A stretch of 20,000 nucleotides of DNA from an uncultured virus (IMG/VR IMGVR_UViG_3300021437_000014) (taxonomy: Duplodnaviria > Heunggongvirae > Uroviricota > Caudoviricetes). The notes beneath the pieces were generated by a model. It had not been told where the DNA came from. It was given only the letters and a program-made list of their open reading frames with translations, and did not search any database. Position 1 is the first letter of the stretch. The number at the start of each line of letters is the position of its first letter. Both the position numbers and the translations under genes were made by a program. Below, one piece after another: positions 15,952 through 20,000 of the stretch. The DNA is taken from the IMG/VR virus record IMGVR_UViG_3300021437_000014. The stretch is one strand, 5' to 3'.

Positions 15952-17950
15952 GATAGGTTTCCAAGGTTCTGACTTGTGCTTCTGTGCCTTGCAGAGTCTG
16001 TGCTTCTGTGCCTTGCAGAGTCTGTGCTTCTGTGCCTTGCAGAGTCTGTGCTTCTGTGCCTTGCAGAGTCTGTGCTTCTGTGCCTTGCAGAGTCTGTGCT
16101 TCTGTGCCTTGAACAACCTCCAAGGTCTTTACACAGTTTGGGTACTCAACTGCCGAAGCCTCTGCATATAACAATTCCACGTACTTCCGTACTTGGTTTT
16201 GCTTCTCGCTTTCCACACGGTTATACATGTACTGTCTACAGACAGCCTGCATGTATTCTACCTTCACGGCCAAGGGTGCTTGGCGTATATCGTAATTGTA
16301 AATTAAATACGAACGTCCTATAGACTTAGCATATTTAACCAAACCTGGTGAGTAGCTACCTGAATACAGGTTCGCTACCCTGGTATGTCCAATAGCATCA
16401 TCAGGTGACATACCCGTAAGCCACTCAACGCCGCGAATCTCAAGTGCCTTGACCATCTCGCTCTCTTGCCGTTTGTGTGTATAACGGTTAGTACCAACAA
16501 AGTTAAACTTCCCAAGGCCTTTAACATACTGAATCTGACCGTCCCACACCTCAACAACATTGTGCGTTGCCATCGTAACCTTCGCACCAGATACCGTCCG
16601 CAGTACTTTTACTCCAGGAGCTGCGTAAATCTTTCTTCCCTCGTCAAGTCCAGCAAGTCGCACGTCAGCTTTAGTCACCTCTGTCTTGTGCTTATACTTC
16701 TTACCCTCAGTTGTCGCGTAGACTACCGCATCTACAGCTCTGATAGCTTTCCCAGAAACCGTCGTAACTATTCCGTTAGTTAACGAGTAATCTTCATTTG
16801 AATAAAACTCACTGTCAAGTTTATATATACCGTAAACATACAGATTCTGTTCCGAATTGAAATACCACACTCCATTCACACTAACACACAAGCTTTTTTG
16901 TGTGTAGTGATGAGTACGCCTCAGGTGTCCTGCTTCAACCCAACCCTCAAGTGAGGATATCGTTTGGCTTGCCTCTGTTATTTCGCCGTTTAACCACACG
17001 GTTACTGTTGCCTCCTCGAGTTTGTTAACTTGCGTGCCTGTTACAGGGCATGTGAACCTACTATCCTCTGTACTAAAATTCTTCAAGTAGACATTACCTG
17101 CCGTGGAGCCGTAATAAATATGGCAGCCAAGGTTTATCATCTTCTGCCTTGTGCTTCCTCGTAGGCATGTCAACACACCGTCCACAAGAGCCACTGAGCA
17201 AGTGGCACTCTCTGCCCTCTGCCCATTCTGGTCCAGGTACGGCACAGCATAATGACCGTCCAGCGATTCGACCTCACCGTCTTGCAGCCGTACAGTATTA
17301 AAGGTCATACCTTGAAAATCCGTTAAAGGCCACCCGTTGTTATCCAACCACCTATCAAGTGTCCTATTTCCGTAAGTGCGAATCCTGCCTTTTTTCTCAG
17401 GGTGGTCAATCACAAGACAACGCGCTGCTGGCTTATTCTCGACGTATAGTACAGCAAGTTTGATGTATTGTGTCTTGTATGCGTTCGCTGGGTGTGTCGC
17501 TCTTGTCCAACCTTTACGCTCATTTTCATATTGTGCCATGCATGACTTAGAAAAAGTCTCCGTCATATACACATCAACAATGTCTTCATACATCAAGAAT
17601 CTAACGTCAGGACTTATTTCTGCCTCATGCAGTTCTACTTTTGACTTGATCGTCTCGTCAGAATAACAAGGGTAGAGCTTGTTGAGCAGTCGTCCCAAGC
17701 TAATTCGCACTTGTCGGTCTGCCTCGCCAGCTACCCTGTCAGGTGTGTATGCCACAAGCTTGTTGTCTACGCTAGAAATGTGTGCGTAAACAGGGTGGTG
17801 CTGGTTAACTTCGTTAAGAACTTCAGTTGTTTTGTACGTGCCGTCGATCAGTCGAGCCGCTTCTCGCCGCCACCAAGTCACATTGTGAGACTTATGGGTA
17901 GGTCTTACTGCTGATGCCCGCTGATTATAGGATAGGTCGTCCCAAGCCAT
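15941..17950 (-). CDS. Large hypothetical phage protein, 669 aa, with an SCM...AR...R.YG...PYLD N-terminal domain and a C-terminal (QGTEAQTL)n tail
   Basis: ATG 17950 after AAAGGA; long ORF. Confidence 0.85.
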   Translation of the reverse strand: MAWDDLSYNQRASAVRPTHKSHNVTWWRREAARLIDGTYKTTEVLNEVNQHHPVYAHISSVDNKLVAYTPDRVAGEADRQVRISLGRLLNKLYPCYSDETIKSKVELHEAEISPDVRFLMYEDIVDVYMTETFSKSCMAQYENERKGWTRATHPANAYKTQYIKLAVLYVENKPAARCLVIDHPEKKGRIRTYGNRTLDRWLDNNGWPLTDFQGMTFNTVRLQDGEVESLDGHYAVPYLDQNGQRAESATCSVALVDGVLTCLRGSTRQKMINLGCHIYYGSTAGNVYLKNFSTEDSRFTCPVTGTQVNKLEEATVTVWLNGEITEASQTISSLEGWVEAGHLRRTHHYTQKSLCVSVNGVWYFNSEQNLYVYGIYKLDSEFYSNEDYSLTNGIVTTVSGKAIRAVDAVVYATTEGKKYKHKTEVTKADVRLAGLDEGRKIYAAPGVKVLRTVSGAKVTMATHNVVEVWDGQIQYVKGLGKFNFVGTNRYTHKRQESEMVKALEIRGVEWLTGMSPDDAIGHTRVANLYSGSYSPGLVKYAKSIGRSYLIYNYDIRQAPLAVKVEYMQAVCRQYMYNRVESEKQNQVRKYVELLYAEASAVEYPNCVKTLEVVQGTEAQTLQGTEAQTLQGTEAQTLQGTEAQTLQGTEAQTLQGTEAQVRTLETYHVV
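15975..16111. repeat. Perfect 24-bp tandem repeat, 5.7 copies
   Basis: Unit TGTGCTTCTGTGCCTTGCAGAGTC. Confidence 0.97.
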
Positions 17951-17983
17951 GAGTTGTTCCTTTAAATGTTGAGCGTTTTTGTG

Positions 17984-18010
17984 GACAGCGCCTGTTGTGT
18001 AGGCGCTGTC
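17984..18010. promoter_or_regulatory. Intergenic 10-bp stem-loop without a U-tract
   Basis: GACAGCGCCT-GTTGTGT-AGGCGCTGTC. Confidence 0.6.
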
Positions 18011-18023
18011 TGTGGTCGGTAGG

Positions 18024-18710
18024 TTACGCTGCGTTGGCCTTCGCCGCTGCAATCACCCTTTCTTTGTCTTTCTCAGAAGAGGCCCAGCCAAGGCGGGTTC
18101 GCACGCCATTGATGGTGGCGCGGATTTCAATGTTGTGGGCGGTAGATTTCGTGATGGAGTGCCCAGGGATGGCTTTTGCGGACTTTTCAGCGGACTTGAC
18201 CTGTTTTGGCTGCAGGGTTTTTGCCGCAGGTTGAACGCTTTTAGCTGGCTTTTCAGCGGACTTGACCTGTTTTGCAGGCAAGGCTTTTTCTGGTTTGGCT
18301 TTTGCCGCAGGCTTTTTCACCTGAGCAGTCTTGACAGGCAAGGCTTTTTCTGGTTTGGCTTTTGCCGCAGGCTTTTTCACTTGAACGGTCTTGACAGGCA
18401 AGGCTTTTGCCGGTGGAGCCTCCGGTGTGGTGACTGGGGTGACTGGGGTGACTGGGGTGACTGGGGTGACTGGGGTGACTGGAGCCTCAACCAAGCCGTT
18501 ATCCAGGAACCTGCCACCCTTCCCAGCCCGCAACTTCAAGTAATCTGGCCCGTTGTCTAAGATGACCGCACTGATCTTTGTGGTTTTGGGGATGCCGTGC
18601 TCTTTGCGGATTTCGGCAAAGAGCTTTCGCTTGATGGTTTTCTTAGCTACTGAACTGCGAGCGTCGTAAAGAGCTTCTGCTTGTGCTTGAGTGATTTTGA
18701 TATGTGCCAT
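18024..18710 (-). CDS. Basic Lys/Ala/Pro-rich (histone H1-like) protein with a possible AP2-like C-terminal DNA-binding module, 228 aa
   Basis: KKPAAKAKPEKALP repeats; C-terminal IEIRATINGVRTRLGWASSEKDKERVIAAAK. Confidence 0.8.
   Translation of the reverse strand: MAHIKITQAQAEALYDARSSVAKKTIKRKLFAEIRKEHGIPKTTKISAVILDNGPDYLKLRAGKGGRFLDNGLVEAPVTPVTPVTPVTPVTPVTTPEAPPAKALPVKTVQVKKPAAKAKPEKALPVKTAQVKKPAAKAKPEKALPAKQVKSAEKPAKSVQPAAKTLQPKQVKSAEKSAKAIPGHSITKSTAHNIEIRATINGVRTRLGWASSEKDKERVIAAAKANAA
18183..18408. repeat. Coding repeats: 60-bp unit x about 2.2 (18275-18408) and a 26-bp block repeated at 66-bp spacing (18183, 18249)
   Basis: CAGGCAAGGCTTTTTCTGGTTTGGCTTTTGCCGCAGGCTTTTTCAC... and CTTTTCAGCGGACTTGACCTGTTTTG. 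Confidence 0.9.
18429..18482. repeat. Perfect 9-bp tandem repeat x6 encoding (PVT)6
   Basis: Unit GGTGACTGG. Confidence 0.97.
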
Positions 18711-18757
18711 GATTTGAAGATTTTTGAGTTAAGAATGTGTAGGGTTTGTTTTGCTGT

Positions 18758-19393
18758 TTACGATAAGTTTTCCTTTCCTTTGATTGCTGCTACAAAAGCT
18801 GCTATAGCAGCATAACTTGACTTCCCTTCAGATACTGCTTTGATCGTGAATTCTTCTACAGTACCAAAGAAACATCCAGCCTCTACGTAGGAGGTTTCTC
18901 CAATTAAGATGTTTAGAGATCGCCCTGAACCATCCAGATTTTGAATCTGGAATAGCTTTGTAAAGGGCTTTCCTAGATAGGTGCAGTCCGAGCCGAATGT
19001 GCAGTCCGAGCTGAATTTGCAGCCCGAGCCGAATTTGCAGCCCGAGTCGAAGGTGCAGTAAGAGCCGAATTTGCAGCCCGAGCTGAATTTGCAGGAATAG
19101 CCGAAGGTGCAGGCCGAGCCGAATTCGCAGGCCGAGCCGAATGTGCAGTCCGAGGTGAATGTGCAGTAAGAGCCGAATGTGCAGGCCGAGCCGAATGTGC
19201 AGGCCGAGCCGAATGTGCAGTCCGAGCCGAATGTGCAGTAAGAGCCGAATTTGCAGCCCGAGTCGAAGGTGCAGTCCAAGTCGAAGGTGCAGTCCGAGCT
19301 GAATTTGCAGTCCGAGCCGAAGGTGCAGCCCACATATTCAGCCTTTTCAAGTTTTGACCCGACTGGGAATGTCTTACCGACTATCTTTTCCAT
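18758..19393 (-). CDS. Cys/Phe hexapeptide-repeat (beta-solenoid) protein with a GCFxGTxEEF C-terminal domain, 211 aa
   Basis: ATG 19393 after GAAAGGA; 19 hexapeptide units of consensus CTFGSD, then YVEAGCFFGTVEEF, a cap domain common in phage penta/hexapeptide-repeat proteins. Confidence 0.85.
   Translation of the reverse strand: MEKIVGKTFPVGSKLEKAEYVGCTFGSDCKFSSDCTFDLDCTFDSGCKFGSYCTFGSDCTFGSACTFGSACTFGSYCTFTSDCTFGSACEFGSACTFGYSCKFSSGCKFGSYCTFDSGCKFGSGCKFSSDCTFGSDCTYLGKPFTKLFQIQNLDGSGRSLNILIGETSYVEAGCFFGTVEEFTIKAVSEGKSSYAAIAAFVAAIKGKENLS
18980..19327. repeat. Degenerate 18-bp tandem repeat, 19 full units plus a partial unit
   Basis: Minus-strand consensus TGC ACA TTC GGC TCG GAC; the TGC and TTC codons are invariant across the full units. 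Confidence 0.97.
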
Positions 19394-19421
19394 CTCTCTC
19401 TGTCCTTTCAAGTGCTGTATG

Positions 19422-20000
19422 TCAAAGGTTTATAAGGCTGCATACTCGTGGTGCTCCACTGGACCCATAACCTGCAAACCTCAAGTTTGGGTACGTGTTA
19501 TGTGTTCCCCACTTTGTTGGCTTGCCGTTGAAGTTCCTGCCTGAGACGAATGGTCTCAGGTTTGGTAAACCTGTGTTGACTTCAAGGCTGAACTTCGTTT
19601 TGCCGACGTAGAAGACAAGTGTTTCTTTGGAGGTTACGTCGTCGGTTGTGATGCAAGTGTTTCCAGTCGCGGAACCTTGGGTGGCATTGCGCCAGTCCGG
19701 TGTGTCGGGCCGTTCGGGGTAGATGCCAGCGAATGTGCCACGGTAGATGTGGAGTGGTTTGGCGTTGTCGCGTATGAAGTCTACGAGGGCGTCTGGGAGG
19801 GTTGTGGGGTTTGGGTAAGGGGTAGGGTTGAGTTGTGGCGTGGTGGAGGCTGTGGTGGCGTTTTGAGAGGGGTGGGCGGTGGCGTTTTGAGAGGGGTGGG
19901 TGGAGGCGTCTGCAAGTTTGAGGGAGACGTCAGAGGTGGAGGCGTCTGCAAGTTTGAGGGAGACGTCAGAGGTGGAGGCGTCTGCAAGTTTGAGGGAGAC
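19422..20000 (-). CDS. Partial CDS entering from the right edge (at least 192 aa): repeat/linker region followed by a globular domain
   Basis: Missed by the ORF track. The frame starting at 20000 is open to TGA 19422-19424: (VSLKLADASTSD)n...HPSQNATA...LPDALVDFIRDNAKPLHIYRGTFAGIYPERPD...PRVCSLINL. Confidence 0.75.
   Translation of the reverse strand, partial: VSLKLADASTSDVSLKLADASTSDVSLKLADASTHPSQNATAHPSQNATTASTTPQLNPTPYPNPTTLPDALVDFIRDNAKPLHIYRGTFAGIYPERPDTPDWRNATQGSATGNTCITTDDVTSKETLVFYVGKTKFSLEVNTGLPNLRPFVSGRNFNGKPTKWGTHNTYPNLRFAGYGSSGAPRVCSLINL
19854..19900. repeat. 24-bp tandem repeat x2
   Basis: Unit GGTGGCGTTTTGAGAGGGGTGGG(C). Confidence 0.9.
19899..20000. repeat. Perfect 36-bp tandem repeat, at least 2.8 copies, reaching the window edge
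   Basis: Unit GTCAGAGGTGGAGGCGTCTGCAAGTTTGAGGGAGAC with no spacers. Confidence 0.95.

Noticed and set aside
15952..16116. (KAQKHRLC)n N-terminal extension of the peptidase
   Set aside because: TTG start with a long overlap into the upstream gene; ATG 15951 next to the upstream stop fits better.
18980..19327. Diversity-generating retroelement template/variable repeat
   Set aside because: No reverse transcriptase or separate template copy in the window, and the variation is not adenine-specific.
222..19544. Plus-strand ORFs in the track (e.g. 12530-13021, 15719-16171, 18012-18560)
   Set aside because: All are antisense to well-supported, tightly packed minus-strand genes and show no recognisable motifs.
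19540..19573. Overlapping hairpins CCTGAGAC-N5-GTCTCAGG and CAGGTTT-N3-AAACCTG as an ncRNA or switch
   Set aside because: They fall inside the 19422-20000 reading frame and I see no further support such as a U-tract or known RNA motif.
19781..19987. 68-aa Pro-rich ORF from the track
   Set aside because: Shadow of the repeats; another minus frame is open for 192 codons with a protein-like domain.
19899..20000. 36-bp repeat starting GTC and ending GAC as a CRISPR array
   Set aside because: The units are directly adjacent with no spacers, lie in frame within a CDS, and there are no cas genes in the window.
1..20000. Apparent excess of CTTG/CAAG
   Set aside because: Plausibly explained by a preference for CTT (Leu) and AAG (Lys) codons; it cannot be tested without a codon-aware k-mer model.
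1..20000. tRNA genes, integrase/att sites, IS elements, structural or lysis genes
   Set aside because: Intergenic gaps are about 100 bp or less with no cloverleaf or terminal inverted repeats, and no ORF shows the relevant motifs.

Overview
Part of a tailed dsDNA phage genome, or a phage-derived contig. About 38 tightly packed genes all lie on the minus strand. Read right to left, the window runs from an early/accessory region into a replication module; I recognise no structural, lysis, integrase, tRNA or CRISPR features. The early region (about 14.8-20 kb) holds four consecutive genes that each carry in-frame tandem repeats, followed by a Zn-dependent M20/M28-like peptidase. The middle has many small hypothetical genes, a RecD/Dda-like SF1B helicase and a 95-aa gene with its own sigma70 promoter and terminator. 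The left end encodes an ATP-dependent DNA ligase, a SNF2-like helicase broken by a frame change at about 4805, a 973-aa AEP primase-ATPase/helicase fusion and a partial, possibly SSB-like gene. A DUF1289 gene and GAAAGG/AAAGGA ribosome-binding sites weakly suggest a (beta)proteobacterial host. The best leads are the split helicase (a 2-nt TC slip or a -2 frameshift restores a canonical 465-aa protein), the 669-aa protein plus peptidase pair, and the cluster of coding repeats. Family assignments come from motif recognition only; no searches were run.
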